From contig NIVC01000571.1 of the NCBI GenBank assembly GCA_002269645.1, forward strand, positions 1 to 64,000: a stretch of DNA of 64,000 nt, in the 5' to 3' direction. A program made the position numbers and the translations under genes. The DNA comes from Macrostomum lignano. Taxonomy: Eukaryota. Below the pieces are notes generated by a model. That model saw only the letters and a program-made list of their open reading frames with translations. It had not been told where the DNA came from and searched no databases. Of this stretch, positions 10,287-22,900 are shown one piece after another (the first letter of the stretch is position 1; every line of letters starts with the position of its first letter).

Positions 10287-13200
10287 CGCATTCGGCCTCA
10301 ACACCACGCCTCAGCAGCTGCCAGCCTGGCCAGGTGCGCTTCGTCACAGCGCGCATCCTTAGACGACGGCGCCACTGTCTGATCGACACCGGGGCAGAGG
10401 TGTCCTGCATCAGCGATGACATATGTAAGAAAGCTAGGCGGCGGCTGCAGCCCAGCAGCATCATCGTAAGAGGCGTGGATGGCAACCTACAGTCTGTGCT
10501 GGGCGAGACTACTTTGGCAGTGACTCTGGGAACCGTACAAGTCCATCATCGTTTCGTCGTACTCGAGAAGCTTCACCCGACGTCCGTCATCCTGGGCTGT
10601 GACTTCCTCAGTGAACACGACGTCTCGGTCCATCTCCAAGCCGGTTGCATCACTTTCAACAGCCTAGGCGTGTCGATTCCAGCTCGAAAAAGTAAAGAGG
10701 CAGCACAGACCTGCAAGCTCGTATCAGCGGCCTCCGTGCAGCTGCAGCCAGGGGAGCGCTGGATAATCCCCGTTAAACCAGCAAAGTCGGCCTCGTGGAC
10801 GCGATCGGAGTGTCCAGGAGTCGTCACCGGCACAAGATCACAGGGGCTCCTTGTGGGTCGTTGTGTTGCCAAGCTGGTCGAGAGAGGCATGGGCCTAGCA
10901 GTCATCAACGTCGACGACCACACGGTCAACATCAGCGACGGCGACATTGTTGGCATCTTTTCCCCGTTAGGAAGTCAGCCATTCGTTCAGCAATCGGGTG
11001 CCGCTGGCAGCACGGCGGCGACGGCCGCTGGCAGCACGGCGGCGACGGCCGCTGGCAGCACGGCGGCGACGGCCGCTGGCAGCACGGCGGCGACGGCCAC
11101 TGGCAGCACGGCGGCGACGGCCGCTGGCAGCACGGCGGCGACAGCCGCTGGCAGCACGGCGGCGACGGCCGCTGGCAGCACGGCGGCGACGGCCGCTGGC
11201 AGCACGGCGGCGACGGCCGCTGGCAGCACGGCGGCGACGGCCGCTGGCAGCACGGCGGCGACGGCCATTGGCAGCACGATGGCGACGGTCGCGGCAGCAC
11301 GGCTACATCAACAACAGCTTTAGCGACAGAGTTACCTCGCACCGACTGGTTGAACGACGTGCACATCGAAAGCTCCATCTCCGTCGAAGAGCAACAGTCG
11401 GTCAAGGATCTGCTGTTAGAGTTCAGCACCGTTTTTGCATCCCCTGGCAACGCTGGTCGAACTGCAGTCCTGCAGCATCGCATCGACACCGGCGGGGCAA
11501 GGCCGATCCGGCAGGGTTTGCGGCGTGCAGCGCGTCCAGTCATCGACAAGCAGGCCGAATTGATCGACGACATGCTGACCAAGGAGTAATCCGGCCGTCT
11601 TCATCGCCTTGGGCTTCGCCAATCGTGCTTGTTCGTAAGAAGGACGGGACAGCGCGCTTTTGCTTAGACTATCGACTGCTCAATGAGGTCACCAAGCCGG
11701 ACGCTTTTCCAATTCCGAGGATCGACGACACACTCGATGCGCTGCAAGGCAACGCCTACTTTCGGCACTCGATCTGGAAAGTGGCTACTGGCAGGTTGAG
11801 GTCGAGGAGCGCGACAAAGAAAAAACTGCCTTCATCTGCCATCAAGGCCTCTTCGAGTTCAACGTCATGCCGTTTGGTCTGCGCAATGCCCCGGCAACCT
11901 TTCAACGCCTCATGCAGCTGGTGCTCCAAGGCCTGACCTGGCAAGCGTGCCTGGTCTTCATCGACGACGTTATTGTCATGGGCCGGACTATCGAGGAGCA
12001 CAACTATCGGCTGCGGGCGGTGTTCGAGCGGCTGCGGGACGCGAACCTACGTTTGAAGCCATCTAAATGCCATTTCGCCAACACCACGATGATCGTCTTG
12101 GGCCATCGAGTTTCCAAGTCGGGTATCACCGTCGACGAGTCAAAGACTGCTGCGATCCGAGACTGGCCTACACCCCGAACTTCCAAGGAGGTCAAGAGCT
12201 TCCTAGGTCTCGCAGCCTACTATAGACGGTTCATTCGGGATTATTCAAAGATCGCCGAGCCGCTACGACGCCTGACGGTTCCGACAGAAAGGTTTCAGTG
12301 GACGCCCAAGGCCCAAGAAGCATTCGACCAACTGAAGGCAGCACTGACCTCTGCTCCGATTCTCGCCTTCCCGGATACTAGTGCGACCAGCTCGGAGTTC
12401 ATTCTGGACACTGACGCCAGCGACTGCGCCATTGGTGCGGTACTCTCTCAACTGCAGGCGGGCGAAGAACGAGTCATCGCGTACTCCAGCAGAGCACTAA
12501 CGAAAGCCGAGCGCAACTATTGTGTAACGAGGCGGGAGCTGCTGTCCGTCGTTGAGCATGTCAGGAAGTTCCGGAATTACCTGCTGCCTCGGAAGTTCAC
12601 CGTGCGGGTCGATCATCAGTCTCTAACGCACCTGCTGACATTCAAGGAGCCCGAAGGCCAACTCGCGCGGTGGCTGCAGACGCTAGACGAGTTCGACTTC
12701 AGAGTACTCTATCGGCCGGGCCGTCAACACAACAACGCCGATGCGCTGTCCCGTCAGCAGCAGCGCTGTACCAACCAGTGTCGGGTGTGTCGACCAACAA
12801 ATGAGACCACCAGCAGGACGACATCCTCGGTTGCCTGCCAGACCGACGCAAACAGTGATGCCGCCGCTGCCGCCCAGATCAACGCAGCGACCATCAAGCT
12901 AGTGTCGACGGCTACCGACGAAGCTGTTCAGACCGACAATGTGCATGTCTGCGTCAGCACTGTGCCATCAAGGCGCAAGCAAATCCATCAGCCCCGGTCG
13001 GACGACAGCGAAGAAAACAGCAGCAGCGAGGACGACACCAACGAAGATGAATCCGCAGCGCCAGCGGCAGACAACAGGCCACCGACGCTACGTGTGCTTC
13101 AGCTGCAGGATCCGGTTATCAGTCCGGTGTTCCGACTGCTGGCCGACGGCAAGACTAGGTTTACCGACCGACAACGCGACCGAGTACCGCCGGAGAGCCT

Positions 13201-14433
13201 GGTGCTGGCGCAGAAGGTGCATGACTTGTGTTTCGTGAACGGTGCACTGCACAGGCTGGTCAACACAAAGCCAGTACCCGTCATTCCCCGCTGCCGACAA
13301 CGCGAATTTGTCGACGAGATTCACAACGTCGGCCACCTGGGCGAAGTCAAGACGCTGGCCAGCCTGAAGACGCGTTGCTACTGGCCAAAAATGTCGGAGA
13401 GCGTCCGGTTGGCCGTTCGGTCATGCCAGGTTTGCCAGCGGGCAAAGACTCCGGTTATCAAGCGGGCGCCGCTACAGTCCATCACTGCAGGGTTTCCAAT
13501 GCAGCGTGTCGGGTTCGACATTGTCAAGGTCGGCGCTTCCAGAAACGGCAACGATCGGATCCTGAGCATCGTCGACTACTTCAGCAAGTGGACGGAGCTG
13601 GTGCCGATTCCGGACGAGAAGGCGACGACAATTGCCAAGGCCCTCTTCAACAACTGGATCTCCAGGTGGGGTGCTCCGCATATTCTCCACTCCGACCGCG
13701 GCAAGAGCATCGATGGCCGCATTATTCGCAGTCTCTGTACACTATTGGGGGTCGACAAGACTCGGACGTCGGGTTATCATCCTCAATGTGACGGCCTCGT
13801 GGAGAGATTTCATCGGACACTCCATCAGATGTTGCGCTGCCACCTTCAAACTGTCGATCCGCTGGACTGGGAGGACGCCCTGCCGTACTGTCTCCTAGCC
13901 TATCGAAGCAGCATCAGCGCGACGACCGGATTTTCCCCACATTTCCTGATGACGGGCCGGGAGGTGGTTCTGCCATTGGACGTTGTCTATCGGTCCCCAG
14001 AGCCTCCATCCGTCGTCGGCCAGTACGCAGTAGAGACCATTCAACGACTGCAGGACGCCTTTGACACTGTGCGGAGGTCAACTGGCGCGGCTCAACGACG
14101 GCAGAAGCGGTACTACAATCTGAAAGCCCAGAAGCGCAAGTTTCGCACCGGCGACCTCGTGTGGCTGTTCGTTCCGCCTGCGTGCTGTCCAGGACCAACT
14201 GTCTGCCTCCGAAGCATCAATCACCGTGGACAGGCCCATTTAAAGTCATGCGCAAGACATCACCTGTCAACTACTTGGTGCGGCCGATCAATTACACGGA
14301 CGGGGAGATCAAAGGGCGCGTCGTGCATGTCAACAAGTTGAAGCGAGCGTGTCTGCAACGGACCCAGTCTGCTCAACGCTCTGATCAGGACGCCAGTGAC
14401 GATGAAGGGCAACTTGTTGACGCTGAGGACTGA
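10229..14433 (+). pseudogene. pol: Gypsy Pol (protease, RT, RNase H, integrase with GPY/F tail), interrupted by four single-base frameshifts as assembled (~11292, ~11585, ~11761, ~14180)
   Basis: LIDTGAEVS (PR); SPWASPIVLVRKKDG..RFCLDYRLLN, MPFGLRNAPATFQR, FIDDVIV (RT); LDTDASDCAIGAVL, NYCVTRRELL (RH); H..GHLG..C..C, VGFDIV, HSDRG, GLVERFHRTL (IN); WTGPFKV (GPY/F). Confidence 0.93.
11000..11303 (+). repeat. 24-bp in-frame minisatellite (GSTAATAA x ~12.5) in the PR-RT spacer of pol
   Basis: GGCAGCACGGCGGCGACGGCCGCT repeated. Confidence 0.95.
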
Positions 14434-14697
14434 CTGACACAGATTGAGGGCTGACTGACTGGTATTAGCCAACAATTTTGCTTTATATACTCGTAGGTCG
14501 TACGTCTAGGACTTTTTAATAGCGTTAATCTATTAGCTTGGCAATCCTGATTTAGGTTTAATTGTTCGAAACCCGGTTATCTCGATTTGTTCTATTAGCT
14601 ATCAGCTGGTTCTGTTCTTCCCTATAGCAGTAGCTTTCATCTGTCGTTCCACCCCTTGGGTTTAATGAGGACATTAAACTGTTGAAAGGGGAGCTTT

Positions 14698-15033
14698 TGT
14701 AATAGTGCTCAATTTGCGTGCGCGTGCACTTCTAGTGTTTTCTCCGTATTTCTTTCTGCGTCACCCCACCCCTGCGTATAGCCTTTTCTAGAAATTTCTT
14801 TTTGTTTCTGATTGGCTGAAAACGCGTGAATAACGAGCCCCAACCAATAGAGTGCTTAGTGCCTACCCTATCGACGAAATCCGATTGGTTAGGATTTTCT
14901 AAGCTGCGTTTTTCACCCTGCCCTCCCCCATCTCGGTCAGTCTATTTAATCAAGCAAGCTGGAACGCAAATAAATCAAGTTTTCTCTGACTAAAGAAGTC
15001 CCGGCAGCCCAAACTCAAGAATACGCGGCTACA
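14698..15033 (+). repeat. 3' LTR, 336 bp
   Basis: Identical to the 5' LTR, preceded by the PPT and followed by TSD CTTA. Confidence 0.95.
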
Positions 15034-16905
15034 CTTATTAAATTTAAAATATATCAGTATATTCTAATAAAAATATCTTTGCCTATCAAGCAATTTCTTC
15101 ATATACGGATACGTGATAACCAACAAACAAACGTTATATTTTTGTAAAGGACCTAAAGTAAAAAAGTAAACTTATCTAGAATTCGTTGAAAAAGCATCTG
15201 TGCTCATACCGTTAGCTTAGGTGTCTAAAATACTATCTCGATAGTTACATTATGTAGCTGCCATAACAGAATTAGACAGTAGATAAGTAGATAAGTAAAT
15301 AAAAACCAGGCAACTGAGCTATTTTGAAGTCATCGAGCTTTTTCTTGCAAATTTGCAATCTTACTGAGATGCTGACACCCATAGATTCAGTTATACAGTA
15401 GTATGCCGCATTAGATTCAGTTGCAAATAACCTGGAAAAACAGCAAGTTGCAAGTAGGTACATGTATTTCAGTAAAAGTATAGCATTTTGACTTAAGCAG
15501 CCGCATAAATTAACCCACTCTGAAAAAAGTACGAGTAAATGTTCATGTAAACAACATTAATTCTGCAATTCCTTCATCTTTAACTGCATAGAAGCCAGGT
15601 CAGGTGTATTTCTGGTAGCCAATGGCAGTCAACAAAGGATAGGATTTCCGCTCTAAAACACAGCACTGACACAAATGCAGCCGCTGGATTCTGACAACAA
15701 AAGCAAAAATAGAAATAGCAGCCAGACAAAATGAAACCAAAACGCTGTCTCTTGAAATTCAAAACAGATACGAAAAAGCACACCCAAATAGACCGCAATT
15801 CTAGCTAAAATGTAATCAAATCTAAATATACTAATCCTATACTAAATACGAGTAAAACCACACAAACCTTATTTAGATAGATTGTTCATCTTCCGATTAC
15901 ACTGAATTATTGAAATGCGCTTTAGACATTACCCGGAAAGCGCTTGCATTGGGAAACTGATTAAAAGACACTGATTGCAAAGACGGCAGGATTTAGTTGG
16001 CAATGAGCAGTAAAATAAGCTGAGCCGGGCAAGTGCGCACTCTCACAAAATAACAGCAGACTGAACACGAAAGCTTTCCTAGATGGACATTCAATACACC
16101 AGCTAATGTCAAAGCCGAAGCAACCCATTACGTTTTAAAGGAGTTTTGCCTGGAGAGGAAACACTGGGAGGAGGCAGCGCACCGGCTGCACTGTCGATTC
16201 GCGCTAAAACTCTGAGTAAATCTTAAGACATCGGCGCACAAATGGCATCATGAAGGCCAGCTGGAATGACACTGGGCGCAGGTAGCTACTCATAGTAAGT
16301 AGGTAACAGTGATACTCGCATAAGCCAACATCATGTGTGGCCAGAGTGGGCAGTCGCACAAAGCAGCACAAGAAAAAACAGCATGCGTACATAGACATCA
16401 GTGTAAGCAGGTTTAGACAGTTAAAATACATCTGAGAAACAGTCAACCGCATATTTGTGAAACAAACTACAACAGCAACAGCTAAAACAAAAAAATCTGA
16501 TCTGATAAAATTCACGAGTGAACACGCGGCAAAGACAGAAACGAGACAGCCGACAGCTGAGCAGAGCATACTGTTTACCTGCTTCATTATAACAGAATAG
16601 TTATAAATCTCGCTTACCTGAACTGGACAGGACAGGTAGGCACACCCGCGCATCCATCCCAATTCAAGCAATCACAGGCCAGCTTCATCAACTGTTAATC
16701 ACAGCTGCAAAATGCAGAATCATAGTTTTTCATTTGCCACCTGCCCTGTCTAGTAGGAACAAAGTAAGCTGGGTGGAGGGATAAAATATTTTTTCAAGAT
16801 TTTTAGGCTTAAAAAGCTTCAACTGTCAACAAAGCGCAAAAATTATTCATTCGTCACTGCACTACTCAACTCCTCCGATTGAGTCGGGTCGAAAAACTGC
16901 GCGCC

Positions 16906-19900
16906 TCACCCCCTGGCCGGCTGCTGCAGCCGGTAGACGAAGGCGGCGAACGCCAGCGTTAGCAGAAACACCAGCACGGAGGTCAGGCTGGGCAGCAGGC
17001 CGCCCAGGCTGCGCGGCTCCGAGGCTGCAGCGGCATCGCCGGCTGCGAGGGCGGCGCCGCGGCCCGGCAGGCCGTACAGCGGGCGCATGCAGGAGCGCAG
17101 GCTGGCGTACAGGTCGGGGAACTGGCACTCCTGCTCGGCCAGTAGCTGCTTGACCCGGAACCGCTCGGTCGGTGTCCGGAAGCAGGCCGGACAGTTGTCC
17201 GGAATGACGGGCAGACCGGCCAGGTCGGCGAACTCTCTGGTGCTGCTCTCGCGGACGTACACGAAGGGCCGGATGACGCGAAGGTCGCCCGTCTCCACGG
17301 TGTAATTGGCTTTCATCGTGCGCAGGCAGCCGTTGTGGAAGGCGGACATCAGGAAGCTCTCGGCCAGGTCGTCCAGGTGCTGCCCCATCGCCAGCACGTT
17401 GTAGCCGTGGCGCCTGGCCGTGGCGTACAGGCGGCCGCGCTTCATGCGGGCGCAGTAGGCGCAGATGGAGTCGCAGTCCACCCTGCAGTTGTGGGGGTCG
17501 CCAAGAATGATCAGTTAAGCCTGTGGGGACTCTGGGGTGCTCTAAAAACTCTGTTGATCTGAGGAGTCTGGGGTGCTCTGAGGACTCTGGGGTGCTCTGA
17601 GGAGTCTGGGGTGATCTGAGGACTCTGGGGTGCTCTGAGGACTCTGGGGTGCTCTGAGGACTCTGGGGTGCTCTGAGGAGTCTGGGGTGCTCTGAGGACT
17701 CTGGGGTGCTCTGAGGAGTCTGGGGTGATCTGAGGACTCTGGGGTGCTCTGAGGACTCTGGGGTGCTCTGAGGAGTCTGGGGTGATCTGAGGACTCTGGG
17801 GTGCTCTGAGGACTCTGGGGTGCTCTGAGGAGTCTGGGGTGATCTGAGGACTCTGGGGTGCTCTGAGGACTCTGGGGTGCTCTGAGGACTCTGGGGTGCT
17901 CTGAGGAGTCTGGGGTGCTCTGAGGACTCTGGGGTGCTCTGAGGAGTCTGGGGTGATCTGAGGACTCTGGGGTGCTCTGAGGACTCTGGGGTGCTCTGAG
18001 GACTCTGTGGTGATCTGAGAAGTCTGGGGTGCTCTGAGGACTCTGGGGTGCTCTGAGGACTCTGTGGTGATCTGAGAAGTCTCGGGTGCTCTGAGGACTC
18101 TGGGGTGCTCTGAGGACTCTGTGGTGATCTGAGAAGTCTGGGGTGCTCTGAGGACTCTGGGGTGCTCTGAGGACTCTGTGGTGATCTGAGAAGTCTGGGT
18201 GCTCTGAGGACTCTGGGGTGCTCTGAGGACTCTGTGGTGATCTGAGAAGTCTGGGGTGCTCTGAGGACTCTGGGGTGCTCTGAGGACTCTGTGGTGATCT
18301 GAGAAGTCTGGGTGCTCTGAGGAATCTCCAGGGTGCTCTGAGGACTCTGGGGTGCTCTGAGGACTCTGTGGTGATCTGAGAAGTCTGGGGTGCTCTGAGG
18401 ACTCTGGGGTGAACTGAGAAGTCTGGGGTGCTCTGAGGACTCTGGGGTGCTCTGAGGACTCTGTGGTGAAATGAGAAGTCTGGGGTGCTTTGAGGACTCT
18501 GGGGTGCTCTGAGGACTCTGGGGTGCTCTGAGGACTCTGTGGTGATCTGAGAAGTGTCGGGTGCTCTGAGGACTCTGGGGTGCTCTGAGGACTCTGGGGT
18601 GCTCTGAGGACTCTGTGGTGATCTGAGAAGTCTGGGTGCTCTGAGGACTCTCCAGGGTGCTCTGAGGACTCTGGGGTGCTCTGAGGACTCTGTGGTGCTC
18701 TGAGGACTCTGTGGTGATCTGAGAAGTCTGGGGTGCTCTGAGGACTCTGGGGTGATCTGAGAAGTCTGGGGTGCTCTGAGGACTCTGGGGTGCTCTGAGA
18801 AGTCTGGGTGCTCTGAGGACTCTGTGGTGATCTGAGAAGTCTGGGGTGCTCTGAGGACTCTGCAGGGTGCTCTGAGGACTCTGGGGTGCTCTGAGGACTC
18901 TGTGGTGAACTGAGAAGTCTGGGGTGCTCTGAGGACTCTGGGGTGCTCTGAGGACTCTGGGGTGCTCTGAGGACTCTGTGGTGATCTGAGAAGTCTGGGG
19001 TGCTCTGAGGACTCTGCAGGGTGCTCTGAGGACTCTGGGGTGCTCTGAGGACTCTGTGGTGAACTGAGAAGTCTGGGGTGCTCTGAGGACTCTGGGGTGC
19101 TCTGAGGACTCTGTGGTGATCTGAGAAGTCTCGGGTGCTCTGAGGACTCTGGGGTGCTCTGAGGACTCTGGGGTGCTCTGAGGTGAGGAGTCTGGGGTAA
19201 TCTGAGGACCTGGGATGCTCTGAGGACTCTGTGATGCGCATTACACCTTCGCACCGATTTCAACTGCAGCTAGTTGAAATTTACAGGTGATCTAATGGGT
19301 GAGCTAATGGGTGAGCTACACATGTAATAAACAAAAACACGATAGAAAATTCGAGCCGAACTCACTTAGCCGCCTCCTCCATGATGCACTGCCGCTCAAA
19401 GTAGTAGGTAACGCCCAGGCGCTCCAGGTAGCCAATCAGAGGCGAGGGGTCGTACGAGTTGCTGACGGGGTCCACGGTGCACGCGGCCAGCTGGAAGCGC
19501 GGACCCGAAGTCCGGTCAGCGTAGGCCTGGAACTGATGCAGCGCGTGCAGCAGGCTGAGCGAGTCCTTGCCGCCCGACAGGCAGATGAGCACCCGGTCGC
19601 CGTCCCGGATCATCTCGAACTCCTCCATGGCCTCCAGGAAAGGCCGGAAGATATTGCGGGGCGGCGAGCGCCACAGCGTGCCCGGCTTGCAGAATTTCTT
19701 GCGGCGCTTCTCCAACAGCTGCTGCTGGCTCAGCTGTGGCTTCTGCTTTTTCTGCTGTTGCGTCTGCTTCTCCGGTGACCGCGGCTGTTGGCGCCGGTTG
19801 CGGAGGCCGCAGGCGGGGGCGGAGGCGGCGGTGGAGGCGGCGGCAGAGGACGGCGGAGGCAGAGGAGGCGTCGGCGGCGGCAGCTCGGAGTCGGCTGCGG

Positions 19901-22900
19901 CGGGGAAGACGGGCAGGAGGCGGCCGGGCTGCACCGGACAGGCGGCAGCGGTGGCGTCCACCGCGGGTTGCTGAGGGGCGTCGCCGGCCAAAGCATTCTC
20001 GGCCTCGCAGGGCAGGAGGAACCAGCGCAGGCGGCCGGACTCCTCGTCGAACATCTGCGTGGCGTCCGGGTGGCGCCGGCTGCCCCGATGCGACAGCGAG
20101 CGGCGCACCAGCTCGTCGGCCTCGGCCATCAGCTGGGCAAAGTCCAGCGACCTGCGGCAGCGGCCGTGGGGAGGGCGGAAACAGGTGTTGTGCAAAATTT
20201 AAAATAACACCTAAAATTATTAACAATCTGAATTTTCAGAGGATCGGGGCGGTCTTGCTTTAATGCTGCCGATTATAATATCCGGTGGCCTTGCGTTTCT
20301 TCATTAAGACGCAATATATGACGTGGGATGCAGCGTTTCCCCTATTATTACACCAAACTAGCAGCGCTACTAAATCTGTTAAAAACTGCTGCGACAAAGA
20401 CCTGGATGAAGACTGCCGCCGCCGCTGCCGGCCTCCTCCGGCGCCGCCAGACGCAGAGGCCGGGTAGGTCATCTGGCCGCTGGCGTAGGAGACGCGGCTC
20501 AGCCACAGGCGCTCAGGGAACGGGTCGTGTCCGATGGCCCGCCACTCGGCCGTCTCCGGGTTCACCTTGTACAGCGGCAGCAGCTTCCAGCCGTGCTCGC
20601 CGACCCAGCGCAGGCAGCGGAGAACAAAGACGGCCTCCTGGTCGGGCATGAAGAACGGCAGGTTGATGCGGACAAAGCCGGGCCGCAGCAGCTCCCTGTG
20701 CGGGTAGTCAAAATACTTGCTGCGCACGAACTGCCCCATGCCGCTGCGCCCAACCAGAGCCGCCTCCAGGCGGGCTGCCACCGGCTCGCTGATTCCCAGC
20801 AAGTCCATCGCGTACGGCCCGGCGCAGGCGCAGCCGCTGCGTGCCTGGATGCCGAACAGGTCGTTCAGCAGCGTGGCCACGAACTGCGGGCGGGGATGGC
20901 CCCTTGGGGTGAGTCCGAGGCCTGTGTGGCATGGATGCAGCACTGAGTGAGTCTGTGTGGCATGGATGCAGCACTGAGTGAGTCTGTGTGGCATGGATGC
21001 AGCACTGAGTGAGTCTGTGTGGCATGGATGCAGCACTGAGTGAGTCTGTGGCATGGATGCAGCACTGAGTGAGTCTGTGTGGCATGGATGCAGCACTGAG
21101 TGAGTCTGTGTGGCATGGATGCAGCACTGAGTGAGTCTGTGGCATGGATGCAGCACTGAGTGAGTCTGTGGCATGGATGCAGCACTGAGTGAGTCTGTGT
21201 GGCATGGATGCAGCACTGAGTGAGTCTGTGTGGCATGGATGCAGCACTGAGTGAGTCTGTGTGGCATGGATGCAGCACTGAGTGAGTCTGTGGCATGGAT
21301 GCAGCACTGAGTGAGTCTGTGTGGCATGGATGCAGCACTGAGTGAGTCTGTGTGGCATGGATGCAGCACTGAGTGAGTCTGTGTGGCATGGATGCAGCAC
21401 TGAGTGAGTCTGTGTGGCATGGATGCAGCACTGAGTGAGTCTGTGTGGCATGGATGCAGCACTGAGTCGGTGGCAAGGATGCAGCACTGAGTGAGTCTGT
21501 GTGGCATGGATGCAGCACTGAGTGAGTCTGTGTGGCATGGATGCAGCACTGAGTGAGTCTGTGTGGCATGGATGCAGCACTGAGTGAGTCTGTGTGGCAT
21601 GGATGCAGCACTGAGTGAGTCTGTGGCATGGATGCAGCACTGAGTGAGTCTGTGTGGCATGGATGCAGCACTGAGTGAGTCCTAATTCACAACAAATCCT
21701 AAAAAAGCAGCACTGATTTGCAAAATCCGTCAAAATCATCGCTAAGAAAATTTGAAAGAAAAATTTTTAGATCAAAGGAAAAATTGAAGCAAAGCAGCAG
21801 CCAGCAGGCGCTGGGAACAAGGCTAGCATGGGGTGTCGAATATCTCAGCAGCTGCTCCCAGCCCAATGCCCTAATTACCATATGATGGAGCAGCAGGCCC
21901 GAGGCCGGATGCCGCACCACGAAGCTGAACAGCGGCAGGCGCTGCAGCTCGCGCCCGCCCAGCACAGAGATGCCCTCGGCGCCGTGCAGCTCACGCCAGG
22001 TCAGGTCGCACAGATGGCGCTCCCGCTTGGCCAGCAGGTCCTGGCCGACCGTCCGCTTCAGCTGCAGCACCAGGCCGGCCCGGATGCTCTCCACGATAGC
22101 CGGCGTGCCGCCCTCCTCCCGGTGCTCCGCCTCGTCCAGGAAGATTCGGCGCTCCCGGCGCACGAAGAAGACGGTGCCGCCGCCCACGCCGTCTGGCACG
22201 GGGCTGCTGAGGAGCGCCCGCTTCACGATCAGCACGCCGGGGGTCTGCACTCCGCCAACGAACTTGTGGCAGGAGAAGTACACGGCGTCCTTGTAGGACA
22301 GGCCGGCGTCTTCCACGGGGTTCATGTCGATGGGCACGTAGGGCGCCGCGGCAGCGTAGTCGAAGAAGGCGAGGGCGCCGTGGCGGTGCAGCAAGCAGGC
22401 GAGACGCACCGTGTCGCTCAGCACGCCGGTGATGTTGGAGGCCGCGGCGAAGCAGCCGATGACGCGACGGTCGGGGTTGGCGCCGGGCTCAGCCGCAGCC
22501 TCCTTGAGCAGCCGCTCCAGCTGGTCCAGGTTCACCGCCCCCTCGGGAGTGGGCTCGATGCGAATCACCTCGGCAGCCACCTCCTGCCACGGCAGCAGGT
22601 TCGAGTGGTGCTCGTAGGGCCCGACGAATACCAGCTGGGGGTGACGGAGGGATCGGCAGAGTTAGCAGTAGCAACCAGGGTCCAGTCTGGAAACCAGCTG
22701 TCCTGAATATTGCAATCAGCTGTCCTGAATATCCCAACAAGCTGTCCTGAATATCCCAACCAGCTGTCCTGAATATTCCAACCAGCTGTCCTGAATATTC
22801 CAACCAGCTGTCCTGAATATTCCAACCAGCTGTCCTGAATATTCCTACCAGCTGTCCTGAATATTCCTACCAGCTGTCCTGAATATTCCAACCAGCTGTC

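Larger units (their letters stand above)
8802..15033 (+). mobile_element. Full-length Ty3/Gypsy LTR retrotransposon, 6232 bp
   Basis: Two 336-bp TG..CA LTRs that read as identical, 4-bp TSD CTTA, PBS TGGCGACCACG (9139-9149, resembles the tRNA-Arg 3' end), PPT GAAAGGGGAG (14684-14693), domain order gag-PR-RT-RH-IN. Confidence 0.97.

Noticed and set aside
14161-14697. Chromodomain or env ORF after the integrase
   Set aside because: Pol ends shortly after the GPY/F motif and only ~260 bp without an ORF precede the PPT.
15272-16820. Hydrophobic ORF 16204-16671(-), ORF 15272-15463(-) and scattered splice-like signals downstream of the fusion gene
   Set aside because: No coherent phase-consistent gene or recognisable domain could be built; probably 3' UTR or intergenic sequence.
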